From the NCBI GenBank assembly GCA_036635095.1, contig JAVWRA010000001.1:1-56784 (forward strand): 56,784 nucleotides of DNA, written 5' to 3'. This document shows positions 29,157-38,390 of this stretch, piece by piece; position 1 is the first letter of the stretch; every line of letters begins with the position of its first letter. The notes under the pieces were generated by a model. It had not been told where the DNA came from and did no database searches. It saw nothing but the letters and a program-made list of their open reading frames with translations. The position numbers and the translations under genes are program-made. Source of the DNA: Ruthenibacterium sp. (GTDB lineage Bacteria; Bacillota; Clostridia; Oscillospirales; Ruminococcaceae).

Positions 29157-29188
29157 AAAATAGGCGAAGCATATTCACGCTCCGCCTA
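29157..29188 (-). terminator. intrinsic terminator after the DUF624-like gene
   Basis: TAGGCGGAGC-N8-GCTTCGCCTA-TTTT on the minus strand. Confidence 0.75.
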
Positions 29189-29204
29189 TACTACCCTTGT
29201 TATT

Positions 29205-30020
29205 TTATTTTTCGATGCTGTTGTCTGCAAGACCTGCCTTTTTCGCTTCTTGCCGCTCTGTGACATGAAATGCCTGTTCCATCACAGGCCACGCCCACAT
29301 ATCCACAATCAATGTGACCCACGCAACAATGCCCAGCATCAGAAAGAGCATCGTAATCGGCCATACCAACACCACACCGAAAATCACGAGTGCCAGAATG
29401 GTGATGATGCCCGCCGGCATACTGCGTTTTGCAAAGCCGAACATCAGCATCAGGCTGTTTTTCGCCATGCCAAACAGCGGCAGGTCAATGAATAAAATCT
29501 GTAAAAACACGAAAAGACCACAGGTGATAATTAAATTCATGCAGAATAAAACAAGCGCAACCATGATGAAATTCACTTTTTCAACCATAAACAAATAATA
29601 GTAGGTGGAAAAGGCCTCAATCGCAAGCAGCACCATAAACGTCATGCCCGCCGGCACACTTTGGCGCGCATTTTCTTTGAATGCCTTTTTATAATCGTGC
29701 CACATATAACCCGGAATGTTGCGGATAGACTTGATGATAACGGCATGAAGCGCCGTCAATGCAGGGCCCGCAAGCATCGAACCTGCCACATAAACCGCCG
29801 CCGCGATAATCACCATGCCGAGATACTGGTGAAATAAAACGCCAACCACCACGGCAAGCGCACACGGGATAAAACAGATTGTCGTCAGCAAACCGGCGCG
29901 CCAAAACGAACCCATGTCACGACCCAGAATTTCAAAAAACCGTGCAACACCTTTTTTTTGCGGTGCGTTTTTCGGAACACCCGGTCCCTCTTTTGTATAC
30001 ATTCCTGAAAAAAATCCCAT
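29205..30020 (-). CDS. DUF624/YesL-like membrane protein
   Basis: YTKEGPGV.K, GPALTAL, WHDYKKAFKENARQS and KNSL patterns; multi-TM; divergent from a sugar ABC locus. Confidence 0.75.
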   Translation of the reverse strand: MGFFSGMYTKEGPGVPKNAPQKKGVARFFEILGRDMGSFWRAGLLTTICFIPCALAVVVGVLFHQYLGMVIIAAAVYVAGSMLAGPALTALHAVIIKSIRNIPGYMWHDYKKAFKENARQSVPAGMTFMVLLAIEAFSTYYYLFMVEKVNFIMVALVLFCMNLIITCGLFVFLQILFIDLPLFGMAKNSLMLMFGFAKRSMPAGIITILALVIFGVVLVWPITMLFLMLGIVAWVTLIVDMWAWPVMEQAFHVTERQEAKKAGLADNSIEK

Positions 30021-30195
30021 ATTCCTATTACTCCGTTCGCATCTGCAATTTATCTTTTATACTATATAGTATATCATAGCGCATTTTGCTTTGCATTACA
30101 AGATTGTAAACAAATCAACTTTTTACATTTCACTGTCTATTTGCACAAAATAGCGCCCTGCTATTTTGGCAAACTGACAAATTTGTGAAAAAGAC

Positions 30196-30276
30196 TTGCA
30201 TTTTACCTGCACACGGGAGTATGATACAGGCATAGGGACTGGAAACGTTTCCGGCATCGTTACCGACAACGTTTCC
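30196..30276 (+). promoter_or_regulatory. promoter TTGCAT-18-TATGAT with two LacI-type operators
   Basis: perfect GGAAACGTTTCC at 30241-30252 and imperfect GACAACGTTTCC at 30265-30276, both downstream of the -10. Confidence 0.75.
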
Positions 30277-30306
30277 AAACATCGACTTAGGGATGAGGAC
30301 GCCATT

Positions 30307-31308
30307 ATGACCATCAAGGATATCGCAAAAGAATCCGGTTACGCCGTTTCCACGGTTTCACGCGCACTCAACGACCATCCGGATGTTTCGGCGGAGGCAA
30401 AACGCAAAATTAAGGCAATCATTGCGCATCACGGTTTTGTGCCGAACACCAATGCGCGGCAGCTCAAGGTACAGCAAAGCCGCGTGATTCTGATTTTGGT
30501 AAAAGGCGCATTCAACTTGTTTTTCACCGCGATTATCGAGCGGATGCAAACCGCCATCGCCGACGCCGATTACAGCGCCGAGGTGCATTATCTGGATGAG
30601 GAAGCCGACGAGGTTTTGGTTGGCGCACAATTGCAGCGTGAACGCAAGCCGCTGGGGTTTATTTTTCTCGGCGGAAACGTCGCCCTTTTTCAGCGCCGCT
30701 TTGACAGCATTCATGTGCCGAGTGTTCTGGCAACCACCGTCTCGGCGGATTTGACGTTTCCCACACTTTCCATGGTGGGCATTGACGATGCCGACGCCGG
30801 TGCGTCTGCGTGTCGATATCTGCTGTCGAAAGGACATCGGCATATCGGCGTTATCGGCGGAAATCCGGACAATTCCTATATCAGCGCACTGCGGTATCAA
30901 GGTTTCACACAGGCATTTTCCGCCACGGGTGCTGCGCATGACGACAGTTATTATCAAAAATCATCTTATAGCATGGATTCCGGTTATGCCGCTTTGCAAA
31001 ACCTGCTTGCGCGGCATTCCGACATCACCGCCGTGTTCTGCATGTCGGATTTAATTGCCATCGGCGCCATGCGCGCGGCACATGACAGCGGACTTTGCGT
31101 ACCGACAGACCTTTCGATTCTCGGCTTTGACGGTTTGTCGCTCGGTCAATTTTATACCCCGAAACTTGCCAGTATGCGACAGCCGCAAGCGGAAATTGCC
31201 GACCGCAGCGTGGAATTATTGCTTGCGCAGATTGAAAAAGATGCGCCTGCACGTTCCATTGTGCTTGACACCGTTTTGGTGGAGGGCGAAAGCGTTTACA
31301 CTTTGTAA
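30307..31308 (+). CDS. LacI family transcriptional regulator (MalR-like)
   Basis: MTIKDIAKESGYAVSTVSRALN HTH, hinge PNTNARQL and DLSILGFD. Confidence 0.95.
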   Translation: MTIKDIAKESGYAVSTVSRALNDHPDVSAEAKRKIKAIIAHHGFVPNTNARQLKVQQSRVILILVKGAFNLFFTAIIERMQTAIADADYSAEVHYLDEEADEVLVGAQLQRERKPLGFIFLGGNVALFQRRFDSIHVPSVLATTVSADLTFPTLSMVGIDDADAGASACRYLLSKGHRHIGVIGGNPDNSYISALRYQGFTQAFSATGAAHDDSYYQKSSYSMDSGYAALQNLLARHSDITAVFCMSDLIAIGAMRAAHDSGLCVPTDLSILGFDGLSLGQFYTPKLASMRQPQAEIADRSVELLLAQIEKDAPARSIVLDTVLVEGESVYTL

Positions 31309-31358
31309 TCCATCGGCAAATGCCGGTAGATATCATCATTATTTTTAGGAGGACAACA

Positions 31359-32738
31359 ATGAAAAAGATTCTTGCACTGACTTTGGCACTTGCCTTGGCG
31401 CTGTCGATGACAGCCTGTGGCGGCGCCTCAAGTTCCACAGCACCTGCACCCGCAGACAGCACTTCCGCAGCACCGGCTGCAAAAGGCAATGTTTATTTCT
31501 TCAACTTTAAACCTGAACAGGATGAGGCTTATCAGGCAATCGCCAAAGAATATACCGCCGAAACAGGTGTACCTGTCAAAGTGGTAACCGCCGCGTCCGG
31601 CACGTATGAGCAATCGCTCAAATCCGAAATTGCCAAAACCGAAGCGCCCACCATCTTCCAAATTAACGGGCCTGTCGGCTATGCGGCATGGAAAGACTAT
31701 TGCGCAGACCTTTCCAAAACCGAAATTTACGGACATTTGACCGACAAAACCATCGCCATTTCCGAGGGCGAGGGCGTGTATGGCATTCCGTTTGCCATTG
31801 AGGGTTACGGCATCATCTACAACAACGCCATCATGACAAAATATTTTGCACTTGACGGTGCAAAAGCAAAATCCATGGACGAAATCAACAACTTTGCAAA
31901 ACTCAAAGAAGTGGTTGAGGACATGACCGCCAAAAAAGCGGACCTTGGCATCGAGGGCGTATTTTCTTCCACTTCTCGTGCACCGGGCGAAGATTGGCGC
32001 TGGCAGACACATCTTGCCAATGTGCCGTTCTATTATGAATTCAACGAAGGCAAGCTCAATCTTGCCGACCCCGCCGCAACTGCGGAAATTAAATTCTCGC
32101 ACAGCGAAAATTACAAAAACATTTTTGATTTGTATGTCAACAACTCCGTCACCGAAAAAGGCTTGCTCGGCAGCACCAGTGTAGACGATTCTATGGCAGA
32201 ATTTGCCCTTGGACAGAGCGCCATGGTGCAAAACGGCAACTGGGCATACGGTCAGATTTCCGGTGTGGACGGCAACGTCGTCACCGAAGCGGACGTGAAA
32301 TTTATGCCGATTTATACCGGCATTGCAGGCGAAGAAAAACAGGGACTTTGCTCCGGCACGGAAAACTTTTTCTGCATCAACAAAAACGCAAAAGCAGAAG
32401 ACCAACAGGCTTCCATCGACTTTATGACATGGCTGTATACGTCTGACGCAGGCAAAGCGCATGTCACAAGCGAACTTGGCTTTATCGCACCGTTTGACAC
32501 GTTCAGCGACGCTGAAAAGCCGACCGACCCGCTTGCCAAAGAAGTGCTTGCATGGACTTCCAAAGAAGGCTTCAACAACGTGCCTTGGAACTTCACCATC
32601 TTCCCGAGCCAAGCATTTAAAGACAAATTCGGCGCCGACTTGCTGCAATATGTACAGGGCAGCATGGAGTGGGATGCCCTCACCAAAGACGTGGTAGACA
32701 CATGGGCGTCTGAAAAAGCCGCCACTGCCACAGCATAA
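31359..32738 (+). CDS. carbohydrate ABC transporter substrate-binding lipoprotein (probably maltodextrin)
   Basis: lipobox MTAC, Ala/Ser/Pro linker, YGIPFAIEGYGIIYN and AMVQNGNW; linked to malQ. Confidence 0.9.
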   Translation: MKKILALTLALALALSMTACGGASSSTAPAPADSTSAAPAAKGNVYFFNFKPEQDEAYQAIAKEYTAETGVPVKVVTAASGTYEQSLKSEIAKTEAPTIFQINGPVGYAAWKDYCADLSKTEIYGHLTDKTIAISEGEGVYGIPFAIEGYGIIYNNAIMTKYFALDGAKAKSMDEINNFAKLKEVVEDMTAKKADLGIEGVFSSTSRAPGEDWRWQTHLANVPFYYEFNEGKLNLADPAATAEIKFSHSENYKNIFDLYVNNSVTEKGLLGSTSVDDSMAEFALGQSAMVQNGNWAYGQISGVDGNVVTEADVKFMPIYTGIAGEEKQGLCSGTENFFCINKNAKAEDQQASIDFMTWLYTSDAGKAHVTSELGFIAPFDTFSDAEKPTDPLAKEVLAWTSKEGFNNVPWNFTIFPSQAFKDKFGADLLQYVQGSMEWDALTKDVVDTWASEKAATATA

Positions 32739-32752
32739 TTTCACGAGAACGG

Positions 32753-32786
32753 AAAGCTCCGCCCCCATGAGCGGGCGGAGCTTTTT
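32753..32786 (+). terminator. intra-operon terminator/stabilising hairpin after the SBP gene
   Basis: AAAGCTCCGCCC-N8-GGGCGGAGCTTT-TT. Confidence 0.8.
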
Positions 32787-32874
32787 GATTGCAGCGCTTG
32801 CCGCAATGCACGTTTTCCTCATAGGACACGCGTCGCGCGTCCTTACACGGTTTCACCCGAAAGGAGGCTTTTTC

Positions 32875-33720
32875 ATGCAGAAATCGCTCAAAAAATATTT
32901 TGCATTTTTCGCACTGCCGACGATTCTCGCATTTTGCATTGCGTTTATCGCGCCGTTTTTGATGGGACTTTACCTCTCGTTTTGCAAATTCACCACCGTC
33001 AATGACGCAAAATGGGTGGGTTTTGACAATTATGTCAAGGCATTCACCGGTGATGCCGATTTTGTTAACGCACTGTTTTTTACCACAAAGTTTACGATTG
33101 TTGCGGTGATTACCGTCAATATTTTTGCGTTTATTCTTGCCTATATGCTCACACGCGCCATGAAAGGCACCAATTTATTCCGCACCGTTTTCTTTATGCC
33201 GAACCTCATTGGCGGCATTGTGCTGGGATACATCTGGCAGCTCATCATCAACGGCGTTTTGCTGCACTGGGGCGTGGATATCACGGCAAACGCAAAGTAC
33301 GGCTTTTGGGGTCTTGTGCTGCTGATGAACTGGCAAACCATCGGTTACATGATGATTATTTATATTGCCGGCATTCAAAATGTATCGTCTGACCTCATTG
33401 AAGCCGCCGAAATTGACGGTGCAAACAAGTGGCAGGTGCTGTTTCATATCACGATTCCGAATGTGATGCCGTCCATCACCATTTGCACATTCTTGACGCT
33501 GACCAACAGCTTTAAACTGTTTGACCAAAACCTTGCGCTCACAAAAGGCGCACCGGGCAAACAAACACAGATGCTTGCGCTTGATATTTTTAACACCTTT
33601 TACGGACGCAACGGTTACGAGGGCGTCGGACAGGCAAAAGCTGTTGTATTTTTCTTGATTGTCGCCGTGATTGCTTTTGTGCAACTGTACGCGACACGCA
33701 GCAAGGAGGTTGAAAACTGA
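32875..33720 (+). CDS. carbohydrate ABC transporter permease (MalF/AmyD-like)
   Basis: WVGFDNY and EAA loop EAAEIDGA; AAGGAGG SD. Confidence 0.93.
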   Translation: MQKSLKKYFAFFALPTILAFCIAFIAPFLMGLYLSFCKFTTVNDAKWVGFDNYVKAFTGDADFVNALFFTTKFTIVAVITVNIFAFILAYMLTRAMKGTNLFRTVFFMPNLIGGIVLGYIWQLIINGVLLHWGVDITANAKYGFWGLVLLMNWQTIGYMMIIYIAGIQNVSSDLIEAAEIDGANKWQVLFHITIPNVMPSITICTFLTLTNSFKLFDQNLALTKGAPGKQTQMLALDIFNTFYGRNGYEGVGQAKAVVFFLIVAVIAFVQLYATRSKEVEN

Positions 33721-34553
33721 TGCACAAACAAAAACGATATATCGGCAGCACCATCAGCTTGACGCTGCTTTCCTGCGTGTTTATTTTTCCGATTTTCATG
33801 GTGCTTCTCAACTCATTCAAGGGAAAACTTTATATTTCCAAAATGCCGTTTGCGTGGCCGAGCGGCAAAATGTTTGCCGGATTTTCAAACTATGTCAACG
33901 GCATTGTCAAGAGCGGTTTTGTTAAGGCGATGAGCTATTCGGCGTTTATCACGATTTTCGGCACCTTGATTATTGTGCTGTTTACAAGCATGACGGCGTG
34001 GTATATCATCCGCGTGAAATCGAAATTCACCACCGCACTGTATTATCTGTTTGTGTTCAGCATGATTGTGCCGTTCCAAATGGTGATGTTCAGCATGGTG
34101 AAAGTTGCCAATGTGTTGCATCTTGACAACCTTTGGGGTATTCTTGTATTGTATCTCGGTTTTGGCGCGGGACTGTCGGTGTTTATGCTGTCCGGCTTTG
34201 TGAAAGCCATTCCGCTTGACATCGAGGAAGCCGCAACAATCGACGGCTGTACGCCGATTGTGATGTTTTTTCGCGTGGTATTTCCGATTTTGAAACCCAC
34301 TGCCATCACGGTTGCCATTTTGAACGCCATGTGGCTGTGGAATGACTATCTGCTGCCGCTGCTCGTCATCGGCAACGACTATAAAACCATTCCTGTTGCC
34401 GTGCAAGGCGTTTTGACCGGCAGCTACGGCGCGCGCGACATGGGTTCGCTGATGGCAATGCTTGTGCTTTCGATTATCCCGATTATCGTGTTCTATCTCT
34501 CCTGCCAAAAATATATCATCAAAGGCGTGATGGCGGGCGCTGTGAAGGGATAA
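33720..34553 (+). CDS. carbohydrate ABC transporter permease (MalG/AmyC-like)
   Basis: EEAATIDGC, WNDYLLP and C-terminal GAVKG. Confidence 0.93.
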   Translation: MHKQKRYIGSTISLTLLSCVFIFPIFMVLLNSFKGKLYISKMPFAWPSGKMFAGFSNYVNGIVKSGFVKAMSYSAFITIFGTLIIVLFTSMTAWYIIRVKSKFTTALYYLFVFSMIVPFQMVMFSMVKVANVLHLDNLWGILVLYLGFGAGLSVFMLSGFVKAIPLDIEEAATIDGCTPIVMFFRVVFPILKPTAITVAILNAMWLWNDYLLPLLVIGNDYKTIPVAVQGVLTGSYGARDMGSLMAMLVLSIIPIIVFYLSCQKYIIKGVMAGAVKG

Positions 34554-34575
34554 AATATCCCAAAGGAGGTTTCTT

Positions 34576-36051
34576 ATGCGCAGTTGCGGTGTTTTGATGC
34601 CAATTTCCTCCCTGCCCTCGCCCTATGGCATTGGCAGCCTTGGAAAAGAAGCTTACCGATTTGTTGATTTTTTGCAAAAATCCGGTCAACATTTTTGGCA
34701 GATTCTTCCCATCGGCCCCACCGGTTACGGTGACAGTCCCTACCAAAGCTTTTCGGCATTTGCCGCGAATCCGTATTTTATCGACCTTGACGCGCTTGTC
34801 GGACGCGGGTTGCTTTCGCACGATGAAATCAACGCCGTCCGCTTTGGCGAAAACCCGCTTGCGGTTGATTACGGTGCGCTGTATGAAAATCGATTTGCAC
34901 TTTTGCATACGGCGGTCAGCCGATTTGTGCCGGCAGAGGACGGCTTTGCCAATTTCCGCGCAAAAAGTGCGGACTGGTTGGCAGATTATGCCCTGTTTAT
35001 GGCGCTCAAGGCAGAAAACGGCATGGTGGCATTGTCGCTGTGGCCGGAAGATTTGCGCAAGCGTGAGCCGCAGGCGTTGGCGGCGGCGCGCGCACGACTG
35101 GCGGAACAAATTTTGTTTTGGGAAGTTGTGCAGTATTTATTTGACGAGCAATGGGTTTTGCTCAAAAGCTATGCCAACGCACATCATGTGGAATTTATTG
35201 GGGATATCCCCATCTATGTATCGCCGGATTCCTCCGATTTATGGGCGCATCCGGAGCTGTTTCAGGTCAACGACGACGGCAGCTTGATGGAGGTTGCCGG
35301 CTGTCCGCCGGACGCGTTTTCCGCCGACGGTCAGCTTTGGGGCAACCCGCTGTACGCGTGGCAAAAACACCTTGACACCGGCTGCGATTGGTGGGTGCGC
35401 CGCCTAAAACATGCCGGCAGCGTTTACGATGTGGTGCGCATCGACCATTTTCGCGGCTTCGAAAGTTATTATGCCATTCCCGCCGCTGACACCACTGCCG
35501 TCGGCGGTGTGTGGCGCAAAGGGCCCGGCATCGCCTTTATCAACGTCATCAAAGAAAAACTGCCGCAGGCACGTATCATTGCGGAGGATTTGGGATTTTT
35601 GACGGAAGATGTGCGCATTTTGCTTGCCGAGAGCGGTTTTCCCGGCATGAAAGTGCTGCAATTTGCATTTGATTCGCGTGAAGAAAGCGACTATCTGCCG
35701 CATCATTATACGCAAAATTCTGTTGTTTACACCGGTACGCATGACAATACCACTACGCCCGATTGGGCAATTTCAGCGGCAGAGGGTGATATTTCCTTTG
35801 CGCGGCGCTATCTCGATGCCGATGAAAATGACGATTTGACGATGAAATTTATTCGTGCTGCGCTTAGCAGTGTGTCCGATACTGCCATTGTTCCGCTACA
35901 GGATTGGCTGCATCTCGGGCATGAAGCGCGCATGAATTTGCCCAGTACACTCGGCGGAAATTGGCAGTGGCGCGTGGACGGCGCGGCGTTGACGGAGGAA
36001 CTTGCGGCGAGAATTTTCGAATTGACAAAATTATTCGGACGGCTTGTGTGA
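34576..36051 (+). CDS. malQ: 4-alpha-glucanotransferase (GH77 amylomaltase)
   Basis: GVLMPISSLP, WQILP, SPYQS, GDIPIYV, GQLWGNP, RIDHFRG, AEDLG and THDN motifs. Confidence 0.96.
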   Translation: MRSCGVLMPISSLPSPYGIGSLGKEAYRFVDFLQKSGQHFWQILPIGPTGYGDSPYQSFSAFAANPYFIDLDALVGRGLLSHDEINAVRFGENPLAVDYGALYENRFALLHTAVSRFVPAEDGFANFRAKSADWLADYALFMALKAENGMVALSLWPEDLRKREPQALAAARARLAEQILFWEVVQYLFDEQWVLLKSYANAHHVEFIGDIPIYVSPDSSDLWAHPELFQVNDDGSLMEVAGCPPDAFSADGQLWGNPLYAWQKHLDTGCDWWVRRLKHAGSVYDVVRIDHFRGFESYYAIPAADTTAVGGVWRKGPGIAFINVIKEKLPQARIIAEDLGFLTEDVRILLAESGFPGMKVLQFAFDSREESDYLPHHYTQNSVVYTGTHDNTTTPDWAISAAEGDISFARRYLDADENDDLTMKFIRAALSSVSDTAIVPLQDWLHLGHEARMNLPSTLGGNWQWRVDGAALTEELAARIFELTKLFGRLV

Positions 36052-36094
36052 AATTCTTGCGCAAACCGCCCATAGCGTCAGTCCCGTTTTCTGA

Positions 36095-36133
36095 AAAAAC
36101 AGCGCAGACAATTGTTTTGTCCGCGCTGTTTTT
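36095..36133. terminator. bidirectional terminator between malQ and the convergent gene
   Basis: AAAAACAGCGC...GCGCTGTTTTT stem with inner GACAA/TTGTC. Confidence 0.78.
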
Positions 36134-36134
36134 G

Positions 36135-36566
36135 TTATAAAAATGATGTTAATTCCTCTGCGTATAAACTTTCTGCCTGTTGCAAGCGTTCGGCAAGCGC
36201 CACAGCACCTGCGTTTGCGCCTTGGTTGTCGCGTATGGCTTCGGTGATTTCTGTCGCGCCCATGTGGCTGCCCTCAATGAGCATTTCCGCCAGTTTGCGC
36301 GGCGATTGGTCTACGATGGTTTGCATTGTAATGCCCATTTGTGCGCTCGCTTTCGTAAACACGCCCTGTTCTTTTGGAATTGCACCCTCCACCGCCAACA
36401 TTGCCGCCGCACGTTTGCCCAAATCGTCATACAGTGCAAGCTGTTTTTGCAGATGATGACACAGCGCGGCATCTTCGCTGATTTGCAATAAATGCTCCAC
36501 TGCCGCCTTGCCCATTGCCGTGTTTTTTGCAATTTCGTCGAGTAAATGAATCGTTTTTTCGTCCAA
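36135..36566 (-). CDS. conserved clostridial helical hypothetical protein (possibly spore-associated)
   Basis: helical pattern with DQSPRKLAEMLIEGSHMG; AGGAGGTG SD 6 nt before TTG 36566. Confidence 0.7.
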   Translation of the reverse strand: MDEKTIHLLDEIAKNTAMGKAAVEHLLQISEDAALCHHLQKQLALYDDLGKRAAAMLAVEGAIPKEQGVFTKASAQMGITMQTIVDQSPRKLAEMLIEGSHMGATEITEAIRDNQGANAGAVALAERLQQAESLYAEELTSFL

Positions 36567-36587
36567 AAAAAGCACCTCCTTTTCCAT

Positions 36588-36617
36588 TAGTATTGCGGAA
36601 AAAGAGGTGTTTTATAC
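36588..36617 (-). promoter_or_regulatory. candidate forespore sigma-G/sigma-F type promoter
   Basis: GTATA-18-AATACTA on the minus strand, directly before the SD. Confidence 0.5.
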
Positions 36618-36624
36618 TGCTGTT

Positions 36625-38169
36625 TTATATTTTTTTGCAGCCGATTTTTTCCATGAAACGGTCAAATGCGGCAAAGCCTTCCGGTGTTTGTTTGAACACG
36701 CCCGCATGTTCGAGACAGGTTTCAAACTTGGCGCCGATTTCAGCGCGCACAACTTCCGCCGCCTTGCTTTCGCTCATGGTTTCAGGATATTGACGCACCA
36801 GAAAGTCAATCCAGTCGCTGTGTTCCGGCGCGGCAATTTTGGCAGATGCTGCCGGCAATTTGCCGGTCAGCACTTTGGCAATCAACGCGCTTTGCTTTTC
36901 AAGGCGGCTGGGCAAAATGGCAAGCCCCATCACTTCTATCAGACCGATATTTTCCTTTTTGATGTGGTGAATTTCACGGTGCGGATGAAAAATGCCCTCC
37001 GGATACGCGGCATCTGTACGATTGTTGCGCGGCACAAGGTCAAAAACATATTGCTGCGTCTCGCTGTCATAATGCAGAATCGGCGTGACGGTGTTGTGCG
37101 GGATGCTCTGCCCATTTTCATCGCTGAACGCAAGAATGTCGGCGGCGGCATCGGAATAGCCACGCCAATTTTGCAGCAAAAGTGACGCAAAACCGAGCAT
37201 TTGGTCACGCGCATTGCCCTTGACGCGCACGGTGGACACGGGCCAGCGGATATTTTCAATCGTCAAATCCGGAAATTCCGGATGGCGATATGCCGACAGC
37301 GTCTGTGCGCGCTGCATCGGAAATGTGTAGTTGCCGCCTTGAAAATGCGTGTGGCTTAAAATGCTGCCGCCCACGATGGGCAAATCGGCATTGCTGCCAC
37401 AGGTGTAGTGCGGAAATTGACTGACGAAATCGAAAATTTGCGCAAAGGTATGCGGCGTAATGCTCATAGGTTCGTGCTTTTCACTGAAAATAATGCAGTG
37501 TTCATTGTAGTAAACATACGGACTGTACTGTAAATACCACTGCTCCCCCATCAAACTGATGGGAATAACGCGGTGATTTTGCCGCGCCGGAAAGTTGACG
37601 CGCCCCGCATAACCGATATTTTCAAGGCAAAGCATACATTTCGGATAGCCGGAGGCAGGCAATGTGCGTTCGAGTGCAATCGTTTTCGGGTCTTTTTCCG
37701 GCTTGGTGAGGTTGATGGTGATTTCAAGCTTGCCGTATTTGCAGGGATAATCCCAGTGAATATTTTTTGCAATCTGCGCCGTTCTGATATAATTGGACGC
37801 GATGCACAAATCATAAAAATAATCCGTGGCGGCACGGACACCCTCCGTTTGCCACAAATGGCTGAATTTCGCTTCCACTTCGCTTTGACGCGGCATCAGC
37901 AACCCCATGATGCGCGCTTCAAAATTGACGCGCAATGCGGGAATTTCGGCATTGTATAAATTGGCTTCGGCGGCGGCATCAAGCAAAGCATCGAGAATTT
38001 CAGTTGGCACTGCCAATGCTTCCGACGGCGCTTTGCCTTGGTACGGCTGTGCCAATTCAAATAAATCAAGCAGCGCATTACGTGCCACGACAGCATCCAG
38101 CTTGCCGATTAACAAATGTTGCAGTCCAAACTGAATCAGCCGCTCTATTAAAAAATTTGTACTTTGCAT
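36625..38169 (-). CDS. galT: galactose-1-phosphate uridylyltransferase (type 2)
   Basis: ITINLTKPEKDPK, YPKCMLC.EN.GY, QYSPYVYYNEH, GSNADLPIVGGSILSHTHFQGG and HIKKENIGLIEVMG motifs. Confidence 0.95.
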   Translation of the reverse strand: MQSTNFLIERLIQFGLQHLLIGKLDAVVARNALLDLFELAQPYQGKAPSEALAVPTEILDALLDAAAEANLYNAEIPALRVNFEARIMGLLMPRQSEVEAKFSHLWQTEGVRAATDYFYDLCIASNYIRTAQIAKNIHWDYPCKYGKLEITINLTKPEKDPKTIALERTLPASGYPKCMLCLENIGYAGRVNFPARQNHRVIPISLMGEQWYLQYSPYVYYNEHCIIFSEKHEPMSITPHTFAQIFDFVSQFPHYTCGSNADLPIVGGSILSHTHFQGGNYTFPMQRAQTLSAYRHPEFPDLTIENIRWPVSTVRVKGNARDQMLGFASLLLQNWRGYSDAAADILAFSDENGQSIPHNTVTPILHYDSETQQYVFDLVPRNNRTDAAYPEGIFHPHREIHHIKKENIGLIEVMGLAILPSRLEKQSALIAKVLTGKLPAASAKIAAPEHSDWIDFLVRQYPETMSESKAAEVVRAEIGAKFETCLEHAGVFKQTPEGFAAFDRFMEKIGCKKI

Positions 38170-38230
38170 AAAAACCTCCATGTGTTTTCACACCGGTCTC
38201 TTTTGGATTTATTATTTTCTGTGTATCTCT

Positions 38231-38259
38231 ATTATAAGACGAATCCGGCAAAGGTGCAA
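38231..38259 (-). promoter_or_regulatory. sigma-A promoter of galT
   Basis: TTGCAC-17-TATAAT. Confidence 0.7.
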
Positions 38260-38325
38260 TGTACAAATGTTGTAGCACAGTAGGATTTCTGTGGCGTGAA
38301 ATACACACCCATACAGCTTTTGTGT

Positions 38326-38354
38326 TTGACTTTCGGCTATTTTCACCATATAAT
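38326..38354 (+). promoter_or_regulatory. sigma-A promoter of asnS
   Basis: TTGACT-17-TATAAT, 36 nt before the ATG. Confidence 0.78.
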
Positions 38355-38390
38355 AGGTAGTATATTAGCAGTAGGAAGGTTGGAATTTTC

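Noticed and set aside
31265-31300. TTGACA near the end of lacI as an internal promoter for the SBP
   Set aside because: No -10 hexamer at 16-18 nt spacing.
31428-32822. 464-aa antisense ORF opposite the sugar SBP gene
   Set aside because: No recognisable motifs and fully shadows a well-supported gene; expected from the codon bias of a highly expressed gene.
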